58,656 nt of DNA from a virus (IMGVR_UViG_3300032334_000389:1-58656); one strand, 5' to 3'. Shown: positions 1 through 8,564, counted from the stretch's first letter. The notes: a model not told the origin generated them from the letters alone. Program-made: numbers and translations.

Positions 1-123
1 TCTTTTTTAAATCTGTAGGTGTCTGGGTGTTCGTTTTGAGTATCAATCATTATAACTCTACAATTCCCCGCCCCATAAATATCTATAGCTAATTTACAAG
101 CTACTGCTGAGGTTATTCCTCCA
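1..123. repeat. Terminal direct repeat, left copy (circular assembly overlap)
   Basis: Identical to 58534-58656; an ORF reads through the junction. Confidence 0.97.
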
Positions 124-152
124 GACCACCAAGCTATTACTTTATTTTCCAT
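1..152 (-). CDS. N-terminal part of a PAPS-reductase-like / adenine nucleotide alpha-hydrolase protein (continues at 58533..57810; 291 aa in total)
   Basis: ATG at 152 reads MENKVIAWWSGGITSAVACKLAIDIYGAGNCRVIMIDT..., with the SGGxxS PP-loop; in frame with ORF 57810..58583 across the junction (876 nt). Confidence 0.8.
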   Translation of the reverse strand, partial: MENKVIAWWSGGITSAVACKLAIDIYGAGNCRVIMIDTQNEHPDTYRFKK

Positions 153-396
153 ATCTTAAATATTTATATACCTTCGGCAATACCTCCATTGCCTTTTCAA
201 TGTTTTTATAATATACCTTACCTAAATTTTCTTTGGAGTGGTACTCCAGTCCTGTCTCCCTGTCGTAGTGGTAGTCCTTACCACACGCAGTTATGCCTCC
301 CTTCCTGACGGCTATGTACGCCCCACCTCCGTAGGGTTTGACGTACACCTGCCAGTCATTCTGTATTGCCCACCTGAAGTCGTCTGGATTTATCAA
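142..396 (-). CDS. Hypothetical protein (84 aa)
   Basis: ORF overlapping the primase stop and the next start, consistent with translational coupling. Confidence 0.75.
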   Translation of the reverse strand: MINPDDFRWAIQNDWQVYVKPYGGGAYIAVRKGGITACGKDYHYDRETGLEYHSKENLGKVYYKNIEKAMEVLPKVYKYLRYGK

Positions 397-2795
397 AACT
401 TAAACTCTTGTTCAGTGTGAATATCTCCATCCTTAGTAATGAACTTGATCCACCTGCCATTAGCATCCCTACCTTCAAGCGGAGTGACTCCAGTAACATA
501 CAACCCGTAAGACACTAACCACTTGTAAAACAACGTCCTACTGATAGTCATCTTAGCCTTAGGTGCAAAGTCTGGGTTGTCCATGATAAAGTCAAGGTAC
601 AGATCCTGCTTGTACAGAAGCTCATCCAACCTCATCTTATCGTTGTGCGAGTTACTATCTATCATACCACACCAGTCGATGAACTCGTGGCAGGTCTCTG
701 CAGATAACTTACGAACCTTAAGGTTTACAAATGTACTCTTTATTAGTCCAGTATTTAGATATGACTTCAAATTATTTATCATATAGTTATCGAACTTGCA
801 CCACTCCTCCTCGTCCCAGTCATTTAACAGCATACGTCCAAACTCCACGAATGGTGTGAACTCCTTGCTGTAGAACTGCCTGAACTCTAGCTCCCACTTC
901 CGTCTCTCGAACGAGTTACCCTTGCCCTTTATGGCGTAGTTAGTGGTGATCATAATCTTAGGTGAGCGGTTGAACGGCAGCTTTATCGCGTCCTTGTTCT
1001 TCTTCTCAACCGTAAGTCCTTCAGTAACAACGCTGAACAGACGCTCGAAGTCGAAGTGCTTCTTAACGTCATCGAAGCATAGCACCTGAGTCCCAACGTT
1101 AACTGTCTGGTACGCGAACGACTTGTCAAAGTTAAACGACTTACCGTCTATGGTGACCGTCTTCTTTATCTTAGACAGCGCGTTAACAAACAGTCCCTTA
1201 CCTGTACCACCCTCTGGGTTATCTGATATGACCTCGTCATTCAAGATAATCGCTGGGCAGTATGACGGGTTCTTGTACCCGTGCATAAGGAACCCTATCG
1301 TGCTCTCCATCGAGCTAACCCTCTGGGTGTCATCACCTGCGATGTTTGACACAAAGGTCTTGAAGTCGCACTCGGTGACCTCACATATCGCGAAGTCCCT
1401 GTCTATCACCTGATCCATCCATATGTAACCCTCAAGGTCTATGTAGTCTATTATGTCCACCTTGTCCTTAGTCACTTTAACCGCGCAGTTGTTGTAGTAC
1501 AGGTGAGCCGTGTCTGCCGTGTCCTCCACAAAGTACACGTCTACCGATCCTAGCAATGACAGGAAGTCCTCCTTAAAGAAACGCGTCTTGTCCGCGAAGT
1601 AGTTGTAGACAGATAGGTCGTCCATATTCTCAAGGTACGCAAGCACGAAGTCCTTGATCTCATCCTCCGACGTGTTATCTATCAGGTTGTTTGTAACCTT
1701 GACAAAGACAAACGTCTTGGTGTTCTCAGGGTAGAACTTATAGAACCCGTTATCCTCCAAGAACTCCTTGAATAGGAAGTGAATAATACTCACAGCACCC
1801 TTGTCATTCTTGGTCCAGAACCGCTTTGTGTCGCTATCAATCTTATCCAAGACCGCATCGATGACACCCTCCTCAATGTCGGTCATCTCAGACTTAATCT
1901 GCTTGGCTGTCGCCCCGTCCTTCACCTTCTTCTTAAGCTGAGACACACGTGCAGTATCCTCGTAGTACTTCGTGCCAAACTTATTAGTGTGGCTGTAGGC
2001 TGAGTTGATGGTCATCTTAATCTCAGACATTGGGAAGTCGGTCTGCTCGAACTGACCTATGATGTACTCCGCCAGTGACTTGTTTATGCCGTAGTCGTTG
2101 AAGGCTGCAGCCAGGATGTACACGTTGTGGTTACGCTCACCATCCACCATACCGTACTTAGATGTCCACCACTTTATAAGTATGTCGACTATCTTATTCT
2201 CGTTGGTGATAGGAATGGTAGGGGCACTCGATGCCTTCTGAATCTCAACGAACTCGTCCTCGTGCATCTGATCCCAGACCTTAGAGTCTTCGTTCACATA
2301 TATGTCCTTATCGTATGACTCGTAGCACACCCTTGATATGTTCTTGGATGTCGTGTCAAAGTAAGTAGAGTCGAAGTGTCTCTCAAGCGCGTTGAAGTAC
2401 CTGATGTGGTTCTCTATGTCCTGTGGTATCTTAACCAACACCTTCAGTCCATATCCTGACGGAGACACAAACACAGACATAACATACTCGTCTGATGCAA
2501 TAGAGCGCTTCTCAGCCATCATCTCTTTCTTGCTGGCATATCCATCAAAGTCAAGGCAGATCAGTCCGCTGTGCTCAGTTATTGAGTTATCGGCGCGCTT
2601 GGTAAATATACCCGAGAAGCATATCGCTGGGAGTGACTTCTTAAGTTCGTTACGCATTGACTTGTCCTGCTCCTGCTGAATACTCTCGATAAGCTCCCTG
2701 CTTGAGCCGTTCCTTATCCTATCAAGCACCACGTCTATGTGACGATAGAACGGTGTTGAGGTGCTTCGGATGTCCTTAAATATTGTTATTTTCAT
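393..2795 (-). CDS. Primase-helicase: VirE-N/BT4734-like AEP primase domain, PriCT-like domain and C-terminal P-loop helicase
   Basis: LKKSLPAICFSG, SGLICLDFD and SPSGYGLK primase motifs; GERNHN (PriCT-like); Walker A GGTGKG and Walker B-like LCFDD. Confidence 0.85.
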   Translation of the reverse strand: MKITIFKDIRSTSTPFYRHIDVVLDRIRNGSSRELIESIQQEQDKSMRNELKKSLPAICFSGIFTKRADNSITEHSGLICLDFDGYASKKEMMAEKRSIASDEYVMSVFVSPSGYGLKVLVKIPQDIENHIRYFNALERHFDSTYFDTTSKNISRVCYESYDKDIYVNEDSKVWDQMHEDEFVEIQKASSAPTIPITNENKIVDILIKWWTSKYGMVDGERNHNVYILAAAFNDYGINKSLAEYIIGQFEQTDFPMSEIKMTINSAYSHTNKFGTKYYEDTARVSQLKKKVKDGATAKQIKSEMTDIEEGVIDAVLDKIDSDTKRFWTKNDKGAVSIIHFLFKEFLEDNGFYKFYPENTKTFVFVKVTNNLIDNTSEDEIKDFVLAYLENMDDLSVYNYFADKTRFFKEDFLSLLGSVDVYFVEDTADTAHLYYNNCAVKVTKDKVDIIDYIDLEGYIWMDQVIDRDFAICEVTECDFKTFVSNIAGDDTQRVSSMESTIGFLMHGYKNPSYCPAIILNDEVISDNPEGGTGKGLFVNALSKIKKTVTIDGKSFNFDKSFAYQTVNVGTQVLCFDDVKKHFDFERLFSVVTEGLTVEKKNKDAIKLPFNRSPKIMITTNYAIKGKGNSFERRKWELEFRQFYSKEFTPFVEFGRMLLNDWDEEEWCKFDNYMINNLKSYLNTGLIKSTFVNLKVRKLSAETCHEFIDWCGMIDSNSHNDKMRLDELLYKQDLYLDFIMDNPDFAPKAKMTISRTLFYKWLVSYGLYVTGVTPLEGRDANGRWIKFITKDGDIHTEQEFKF

Positions 2796-3120
2796 TTTGA
2801 ATAAGTTGTTGTTTATATCTTAATATAACTCCTAGTATCTCAAGTGCCACAGTGTCAGGTACTTGAATACTCAGTCCGTTGTCCTCTACCTCTTGCTTAG
2901 TCTCGCTAGAAGAAAAGAAGAACCCTGAGGCCGTGGTACTTGTCCACTGTGGTGTACTCATCTCCTTTAAAAGGTCGCTCTCTAAATCCACAGAGATCCA
3001 CACGTTTGTGCTGTTGTCAAGCAGTCTCTCTGCCGTAGTCTGAACCTCTGTAATGTCAAGTTCTATAGCCTGGATCCTCTCGTAAGCTTCCGATATTGCC
3101 TTCATTTTCTTTTTGTTCAT
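2776..3120 (-). CDS. Hypothetical protein (114 aa)
   Basis: ORF in tightly packed operon. Confidence 0.7.
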   Translation of the reverse strand: MNKKKMKAISEAYERIQAIELDITEVQTTAERLLDNSTNVWISVDLESDLLKEMSTPQWTSTTASGFFFSSSETKQEVEDNGLSIQVPDTVALEILGVILRYKQQLIQNENNNI

Positions 3121-3121
3121 A

Positions 3122-3319
3122 TTATAATATGTATATATCGTTATAAAATTTTACTTTGTAAGTATATTCAAAAAACTTACTATAATCCATTGGCAAACTT
3201 TCTATTGAAATAATATATACATTCTCTAAAGATTCTTTTATATTATCTATAAAATCACCCATCTGTAAATTTGATCTTTCAGTAAATTCTGTAATTGCTG
3301 TTACTTTATATTTTGTCAT
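3122..3319 (-). CDS. Hypothetical protein (65 aa)
   Basis: AT-rich ORF abutting its neighbours. Confidence 0.6.
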   Translation of the reverse strand: MTKYKVTAITEFTERSNLQMGDFIDNIKESLENVYIISIESLPMDYSKFFEYTYKVKFYNDIYIL

Positions 3320-3585
3320 AATCCTTGTTTATAGATTTCTAATAGTTCATTCATTTTATATTTACTGACATTCCCGTCAATAGTATATGTCTCTCCAATT
3401 TCTGTGCTATCAAAGAAATCTATTCTTTTTTTAATACACCACGATGCAAATTCAATAGCAAATTTATCTGCTATTTTTTCTAGATGATTTAATTCATATT
3501 CAGCTAGAATTGTGCATTTAATATCACAATAAGGCATATCGCAATCACTACAACTTATTTTATTAAACTTTTCTTTTAGTGTCAT
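3316..3585 (-). CDS. Hypothetical protein (89 aa, Cys cluster, IADKFAIEFASW motif)
   Basis: ORF with 4-nt overlaps on both sides. Confidence 0.7.
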   Translation of the reverse strand: MTLKEKFNKISCSDCDMPYCDIKCTILAEYELNHLEKIADKFAIEFASWCIKKRIDFFDSTEIGETYTIDGNVSKYKMNELLEIYKQGL

Positions 3586-3674
3586 TCGTTTCCTTTTTTA
3601 ATTAAATAATACCATAGCCAAATTAACTTTGACCTTAAAAATTCGTATGCAAATAATATTAATATATATTTCAT
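3582..3674 (-). CDS. Small hydrophobic protein (30 aa, MKYILILFAYEFLRSKLIWLWYYLIKKGNE)
   Basis: Read manually; ATGA overlap with the next gene. Confidence 0.5.
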   Translation of the reverse strand: MKYILILFAYEFLRSKLIWLWYYLIKKGNE

Positions 3675-3688
3675 AATAATAAAGGTTT

Positions 3689-3713
3689 AAAAAGCCCCTC
3701 GTTAAAGGGGCTT
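3689..3713 (-). terminator. Intrinsic terminator after the SSB-like gene
   Basis: AAGCCCCT-TTAACG-AGGGGCTT hairpin running into a T tract on the minus strand. Confidence 0.75.
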
Positions 3714-3720
3714 GGTTAAT

Positions 3721-3990
3721 TTAGAATGGTAGCGTACCATCGTTAACTGGCTCTGACTGTTGAGCAGGAGCCTGCGATTGTGCCTTAGGCTCGAACGTGT
3801 CCAACTCAATGTAGTACTTACCACCTTGTGAGTTCTTAACTTGAAGATTTGTCCAGCCATTTTTTTCATTTTTTTTCAAGAAACTAATTGCTTCATCAAC
3901 TTTTATGCTGATATTACCAATTACAAAATCAGGGGCTTTCTCGTTTCTTTTAAAGATAAACCCATCCGCAAACACTTTTTGTTTTTCCAT
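3721..3990 (-). CDS. Probable single-stranded DNA-binding protein
   Basis: Small beta-rich protein with a Q/P-rich linker and acidic ...DGTLPF tail; lies in the recombination module. Confidence 0.6.
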   Translation of the reverse strand: MEKQKVFADGFIFKRNEKAPDFVIGNISIKVDEAISFLKKNEKNGWTNLQVKNSQGGKYYIELDTFEPKAQSQAPAQQSEPVNDGTLPF

Positions 3991-4008
3991 TTTAATTTAA
4001 TTTAATTA

Positions 4009-4272
4009 TTAATACTTATTCCTTTTTATCAGGTCAAACATTCTAGTAAACACGTCGTTTATAAACCTCGTGAATAACTTCTCTCTCAGCGCGTCTGCGT
4101 CTGCGTTCTTCTTTATGTACTCCTTGAACACGAAGCAGTTCTCTTCAGAGATGCCGAACTCTATCCTCATATACTCCTCCTTCTGCACAAATGTAAAATA
4201 AAATTTCTTATTATTTGCAGAGGTCTCGTTAAATTTATCAACCAACTCATTGACTATCTGCTCAGAACTCAT
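4009..4272 (-). CDS. Hypothetical protein, paralogue of 4262..4489
   Basis: Shared IEF..VF..YI...D.DA..EK.F pattern. Confidence 0.7.
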   Translation of the reverse strand: MSSEQIVNELVDKFNETSANNKKFYFTFVQKEEYMRIEFGISEENCFVFKEYIKKNADADALREKLFTRFINDVFTRMFDLIKRNKY

Positions 4273-4489
4273 CTTTCAATCTCATTGGTTTGTAATGCGA
4301 CACAAAATTCTCTATAACATACCAGAAGAACTTCTCTTTTACAGCATCAATATCTTCTCCGCTCATTATGTACTGCCTAAATACATTATCTGAAAACTCT
4401 ATCTCAAGTAACTTGTCTGTCTCTGTAAACTTAAATGAGTTAGCGCTATCAAACTCCATTATTCTTATTAATCTATCTAAATTTTTCAT
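4262..4489 (-). CDS. Hypothetical protein, paralogue of 4009..4272
   Basis: Shared IEF..VF..YI...D.DA..EK.F pattern. Confidence 0.7.
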   Translation of the reverse strand: MKNLDRLIRIMEFDSANSFKFTETDKLLEIEFSDNVFRQYIMSGEDIDAVKEKFFWYVIENFVSHYKPMRLKDEF

Positions 4490-5217
4490 AATACGTCCTG
4501 TATAAAATAATTATTAATATCCTCAGTCGCGTCCTTGCTGAAGAACTTCTTGTACACCTCTATGGCTCTCATCACCTTGTCCCTGCCACCTAAGATAAAG
4601 TCTTCACTAGGCTCGAACACGCCAAGCCTGTGGCTCTTCTTACACACCACGTAAAAGACTAACGGCTTACCAAACAGTTGGCTGTAGATGTAAGCTTGGC
4701 TGTCGTAGTTATACTTTTTAGCCGACCACCTGAAGTCGTCGATGTCAGACGTGGTCTTGATGTCTATCAGGATGTCCTCGCTAACAATATCAGCCTTACC
4801 CTTGAACGGCATCCCGAAGATGTCCATCACCGCTGGCTGCTCGAACACGTTGCCCTCACGGTAGATGTTCTCGTAGAAGAAGAAGTTACCCTTCATCGTA
4901 CTTACAAGGCTGTCAAGTTCGTCCTGCTCGTTTTTTAACAACAGGATCGAAGATGATGAGTGTGACACGGCATCCTTGTAGATGTTCGTGTTCCTAGTCG
5001 AGGCCTCGACAACCTCAAAGTTCACAAGTTTCTCAGGCTCAAGCATAGCCGTGTGCAGGTACGATCCCTGAAGCATAGGAACCGTTGGCTCCTCTCTAAC
5101 CTTGAACATACGTGGGTTCTTTAACAAAGTCCCGATGTCGCTGTTGCTGATGTACTTTGATCCAAACTCACCGTAGTAGTTGGAATCGTCTCTTAGTTGT
5201 TCTATTACCTTACTCAT
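4486..5217 (-). CDS. PD-(D/E)XK exonuclease, RecE/exonuclease VIII-like (DUF3799-type)
   Basis: ISNSDI, GSYLHTAMLEPE, KGKADI, IDIKTT and YDSQAYIY motifs. Confidence 0.85.
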   Translation of the reverse strand: MSKVIEQLRDDSNYYGEFGSKYISNSDIGTLLKNPRMFKVREEPTVPMLQGSYLHTAMLEPEKLVNFEVVEASTRNTNIYKDAVSHSSSSILLLKNEQDELDSLVSTMKGNFFFYENIYREGNVFEQPAVMDIFGMPFKGKADIVSEDILIDIKTTSDIDDFRWSAKKYNYDSQAYIYSQLFGKPLVFYVVCKKSHRLGVFEPSEDFILGGRDKVMRAIEVYKKFFSKDATEDINNYFIQDVL

Positions 5218-5218
5218 C

Positions 5219-5800
5219 TTACTTCAATAAATCTCCCAAGGTCTTCTTAACGCTTGTGGATAGGTTATACTTCACGCTCAGGTTCTTAACGATTGTCGCT
5301 AGGTCAAGTTTTGTTTTGTTGGCCTCAACATACTTAACAACACCTGCCCAGTTCGTATCATTCACAGCCAGATCGATCTTTGTGGATGTCATAGCCTTAG
5401 CCGTCTTTGTCGAGTCAACCAAGTCCTCACCACTCCATAGTTTCAAACCTAGACCGTGTAGCGCAAGAGCCTTAACCGTGCTACGCTGTATAGTCTTGTT
5501 CACGTCCATTGACGTAACCTTCTCGATAAGAATAGACTGATTACGGAAGTCCATAATCGGCAAATAATCGATATGCTCCAATCCGTCTATAACAATCCCA
5601 ACCTTAACGTAGGCAGTCTTGCCATCGTTAAAGTAGTTAAGTCCAGTCATACTGTCCTCATACACAACACGTTGCATTGAAGGGTATAGTTGTTTAGCCA
5701 ACCCCCACGCGTGACTCCAAGACAAATAGTCTTGATTACCTTTTTTCTCTACCTTGTCAGAAACATTTATCTCTGACAACTTTTTAAATACGTTTTCCAT
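5219..5800 (-). CDS. Sak/Rad52-like single-strand annealing protein (DUF1071-type)
   Basis: VEKKGNQDYLSWSHAW, LPIMDFRN and DVNKTIQRSTVKALALHGLGLKLWSGED motifs; adjacent to the exonuclease. Confidence 0.85.
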   Translation of the reverse strand: MENVFKKLSEINVSDKVEKKGNQDYLSWSHAWGLAKQLYPSMQRVVYEDSMTGLNYFNDGKTAYVKVGIVIDGLEHIDYLPIMDFRNQSILIEKVTSMDVNKTIQRSTVKALALHGLGLKLWSGEDLVDSTKTAKAMTSTKIDLAVNDTNWAGVVKYVEANKTKLDLATIVKNLSVKYNLSTSVKKTLGDLLK

Positions 5801-5860
5801 TTTAATTTAATTTTAAGTTTGCTAATATAATACTTTTTTATTTCTTATTTTATTTTTTAG

Positions 5861-6136
5861 TTATTTTTTTTTATCAATCTCCCTAGCCTTCTCTACATAC
5901 TTTGTCAGGTCTACGTGTGATTTGAAGCTATTCATATACTGAATACGTGGAGTATCAGTCAGTTCTCCTTCCTCGTCAAAGTAAATTTCTTGCTCGTGAA
6001 GTATCTCGCTGATAAGGTACTCAAGTCCAGACTTGTAAGTTTCATCGTACAGACCTAACTCATCGTCTGCTCTCATCATATCAATTATGGCTTGCTTTCT
6101 ATTTGTCTCCATAGTATTCTTCGTTAAATCTTTCAT
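5861..6136 (-). CDS. Hypothetical protein (91 aa; true start may be 6112)
   Basis: ORF track; KQAIIDMMRADDELGLYD. Confidence 0.65.
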   Translation of the reverse strand: MKDLTKNTMETNRKQAIIDMMRADDELGLYDETYKSGLEYLISEILHEQEIYFDEEGELTDTPRIQYMNSFKSHVDLTKYVEKAREIDKKK

Positions 6137-6332
6137 ACAAAACCATTAATGTTAGTGTGTGCTTTTTAGTTAACCACTCGGCAAAATGAACTGCCTTGTT
6201 TTCGATGTTTTGCCTCTCTATATTTTTGGCTTCCTCTAAGATATTATTAGAAAATGCCCATCCAAATTCAGTTCTTAACTTTTCTGCTAACCATTCTACT
6301 GCTGTCATCTTATTTCTTTTTAAATTGTTCAA
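6099..6332 (-). CDS. Hypothetical protein (MTAVEWL-type small phage protein; probable start 6308)
   Basis: TAVEWL...ILEEAKNIERQNIE pattern. Confidence 0.65.
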   Translation of the reverse strand: MNNLKRNKMTAVEWLAEKLRTEFGWAFSNNILEEAKNIERQNIENKAVHFAEWLTKKHTLTLMVLYERFNEEYYGDK

Positions 6333-6639
6333 ATAAATTTTTAACTCCTTTTGCGTGCGTTAATAGACTATGTTTAAATATAAACTCTCCAAATGCAATC
6401 ACTTCTTCCTCACTATAAGTTCTTTCTTGTTGCCATTTAACACCTTCAATAAAAGTTTCTGCAGGATCACAATCAAATGGAAATTGAAATATTTTAGCGT
6501 GATTCTCAGCAGCATCTTTAAGCGCTTGGTTAGGTTCGGCAGGGTTCTCTATGCCGTCGATAAATATTTTAATGTCTTTCTGAGGTATAACACCTGTAAG
6601 TTCTTCTACCAACGGGCTTACTTTCTTATTATCTTTCAT
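6310..6639 (-). CDS. Hypothetical protein (109 aa)
   Basis: FIEGVKWQQERTYSEEEV...LFEQFKKK pattern; coupled to its neighbours. Confidence 0.7.
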   Translation of the reverse strand: MKDNKKVSPLVEELTGVIPQKDIKIFIDGIENPAEPNQALKDAAENHAKIFQFPFDCDPAETFIEGVKWQQERTYSEEEVIAFGEFIFKHSLLTHAKGVKNLFEQFKKK

Positions 6640-7016
6640 TGTCTCAGTAGTTCTAATGTTGTTACGAACCTGTGTATGACCGTGTCTCTATACTTAACCA
6701 GCATATTGTACCGCTTCAGGTTTTTCATTGTTTTAATTTCTTCTTGTATCTTCTCCGAGATTATGTTAAGAGCCTTGCGGTTATTCCTCGTGGCCACTAA
6801 GTAGCACCCAACCCTCCAGCCGTTCTTCTCGAATATCGTGTACTCCTCCCTTGTTACCTCGTGGTAGTAGTCTCCGTTGAATTTTGTATTTAGCACGCGG
6901 ATCCCGTCCTCGTCCTTAATTATTTTTACACCCTTGTAGATGTACGACTCGCTGTCTGGAGTCGTTAGTCTTGTTGATAGCAAGTCAGTGCTTGCCTGAT
7001 TGAATACTTGTTCCAT
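6636..7016 (-). CDS. Hypothetical protein (126 aa)
   Basis: ORF with A-rich leader. Confidence 0.75.
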   Translation of the reverse strand: MEQVFNQASTDLLSTRLTTPDSESYIYKGVKIIKDEDGIRVLNTKFNGDYYHEVTREEYTIFEKNGWRVGCYLVATRNNRKALNIISEKIQEEIKTMKNLKRYNMLVKYRDTVIHRFVTTLELLRQ

Positions 7017-7039
7017 AATTTTGTTATTTTTTAAGTTAG

Positions 7040-7061
7040 TTCACTACAATATTGTAGTGAA
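7040..7061. promoter_or_regulatory. Perfect 22-bp palindrome (operator-like)
   Basis: TTCACTACAATATTGTAGTGAA equals its reverse complement; intergenic, just upstream of the ATG at 7016. Confidence 0.6.
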
Positions 7062-7190
7062 GAAAAAAATATGCCAGTCTCTCCTGGCAGTCACGCATAA
7101 GGTGATTTGTGTGTGTCATGAAAATATTGGCACCACCCACACACAGCGACACGACCATCACCTCAACCTACATTGTAGCGTTTACAAGGA
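7062..7190 (-). ncRNA. Candidate structured intergenic RNA ending in a terminator-like hairpin
   Basis: GAGGUGAU/AUCACCUU and UGUGUGUG/CACACACA stems, then UGCCAG-GAGAGA-CUGGCA and a U-tract. Confidence 0.45.
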
Positions 7191-7195
7191 TTCCT

Positions 7196-7339
7196 TTATG
7201 GTAGTGCCGTTATATTTTTATATACCTTCTCGAACGCCTCAGACATTCGCTTGTTGTCAGCGTAGTGTATTGATTTTACTCTTGTTCGCATCCACCTATC
7301 GAAGCGGTGCATTTCCTTCTCTGCTCTTTTGTTCTTCAT
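7196..7339 (-). CDS. Small basic hypothetical protein (47 aa, MKNKRAEKEMHRFDRWMRT...)
   Basis: Read manually; ATGA overlap with 7336..7560. Confidence 0.6.
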   Translation of the reverse strand: MKNKRAEKEMHRFDRWMRTRVKSIHYADNKRMSEAFEKVYKNITALP

Positions 7340-7560
7340 ATCTCTTTTAAGTTTTGTATAAATGCTTTCGTGTTTTTTGCCATATCCTCTATGGCCTCTC
7401 TGTTTATTTTGTAGTAGTCCTCAGGGATATAAACCTCTATAAGGCTGTTGTCCATCATAAGGTGCTTGAACTTCGGCATAATGAACACGTTTCCTGCGTT
7501 CCTTAGCGCTATGTACTGGTCGTTTGTTTTGACCTCGTGCCTTCTTAGTATCACACTCAT
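7336..7560 (-). CDS. Hypothetical protein (74 aa)
   Basis: ORF track; operon packing. Confidence 0.7.
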   Translation of the reverse strand: MSVILRRHEVKTNDQYIALRNAGNVFIMPKFKHLMMDNSLIEVYIPEDYYKINREAIEDMAKNTKAFIQNLKEI

Positions 7561-7561
7561 C

Positions 7562-7711
7562 TTAGTATGCTTTGATAGGGTTACTCACGTCTTCCTGCCA
7601 GTGGTTTATTTCCTTCCATACCCTGATAAGGTCGTTGGCTCTTGCCAAGTCCTTACCAGTTATAATTGTCTTATTAAATATGTCCCTTACCTCTTCCTCT
7701 ATTGTCTCCAT
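7562..7711 (-). CDS. Hypothetical protein (49 aa, METIEEEVRDIFNK...)
   Basis: Read manually; fills the gap between neighbours almost exactly. Confidence 0.6.
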   Translation of the reverse strand: METIEEEVRDIFNKTIITGKDLARANDLIRVWKEINHWQEDVSNPIKAY

Positions 7712-7890
7712 TACTTAGTTTGTTTTGTGCCGTAGTATGAACACACGGCTAGGTTAATAATTGAAGGTATAAATACCCATAATAAATTAGGGAAGACTTC
7801 GTTACTTCCTTCTACAGTGCTTATAAAAAATAAGATACCGAATACTGTTGCTGATGCTAGGAACCATAGTTCCCAAACTCGTTGATTCAT
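7711..7890 (-). CDS. Small membrane protein with two hydrophobic segments (59 aa, MNQRVWELWFLASATVFGILFF...)
   Basis: Read manually; TAATG coupling to the next gene. Confidence 0.6.
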   Translation of the reverse strand: MNQRVWELWFLASATVFGILFFISTVEGSNEVFPNLLWVFIPSIINLAVCSYYGTKQTK

Positions 7891-7900
7891 TTTTTTAGTG

Positions 7901-8194
7901 TTACTGGGCGCATAAGTCCCACGCGTTAATGTTTGTTTTTCTTGTTATGCCTAATTCCTTGCAGATAAATACTGCAAGTCTTTTGTTTACTGCAGGCAGC
8001 TCTATTTCGGGACTACCAATTTGTTTAACAATATAAATCGGATCCATTTCTAGTACTCTACTGCAAAATTTAACGTCTTGACCTAGATAGTATTGCTTGC
8101 CGTATGCCTCTAACGTCCACTCGTGCCCAAAGCCGTAGCTTCCTCGTGTTATAATTACTTTCATCTTATTAAATGTTAATATTAATTTGTTCAA
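7901..8194 (-). CDS. Hypothetical protein (probable start 8164, MKVIITRGSYGFGH...)
   Basis: YLGQDVKFCSRVL motif; ORF track. Confidence 0.7.
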   Translation of the reverse strand: MNKLILTFNKMKVIITRGSYGFGHEWTLEAYGKQYYLGQDVKFCSRVLEMDPIYIVKQIGSPEIELPAVNKRLAVFICKELGITRKTNINAWDLCAQ

Positions 8195-8360
8195 ATTGTG
8201 TTACTGTATGAATACCATTTGATAATTCTTTCCAATACTTAATGTCGTTTTTATTTTTATATATAAATTTTAAAAATCTATTAACTTGTTTACTATTAGC
8301 GCAAAAAATATTAAATTTTCTGCCGTCGTAAAACATTATTTCAAATAGTGTAGTTTGCAT
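8169..8360 (-). CDS. Hypothetical protein (63 aa)
   Basis: ORF track; A-rich leader. Confidence 0.65.
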   Translation of the reverse strand: MQTTLFEIMFYDGRKFNIFCANSKQVNRFLKFIYKNKNDIKYWKELSNGIHTVTQFEQININI

Positions 8361-8378
8361 TTTTTTTAGTTTAAATTG

Positions 8379-8548
8379 TTATGTCAGAATGTCGATTTTA
8401 TTCTCTCTATTCTCTTATATATATTTTTATTTATTTATTTATTTTTTTTACCTAGAAAGTAAAGAAAAAATCAGAATACTAACATAGAAAACGTTAAGCC
8501 TTGATTTCATTAACCTCAAGGCTATGACGTTTCTAAAAAAAATCGACA
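8379..8548 (+). repeat. Long imperfect inverted repeat, copy A (partner 10472-10642)
   Basis: Exact inverted blocks: 8407-8428 vs 10592-10613 (22 nt) and 8465-8488 vs 10532-10555 (24 nt); matching TTATGTCAGAA and AAAATCGACA ends. Confidence 0.9.
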
Positions 8549-8564
8549 TTGTTGTGTCGATAAT

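Noticed and set aside
1-123. Terminal repeat as the biological DTR of the virion
   Set aside because: It falls in the middle of a coding sequence and is most simply an assembler circularisation overlap
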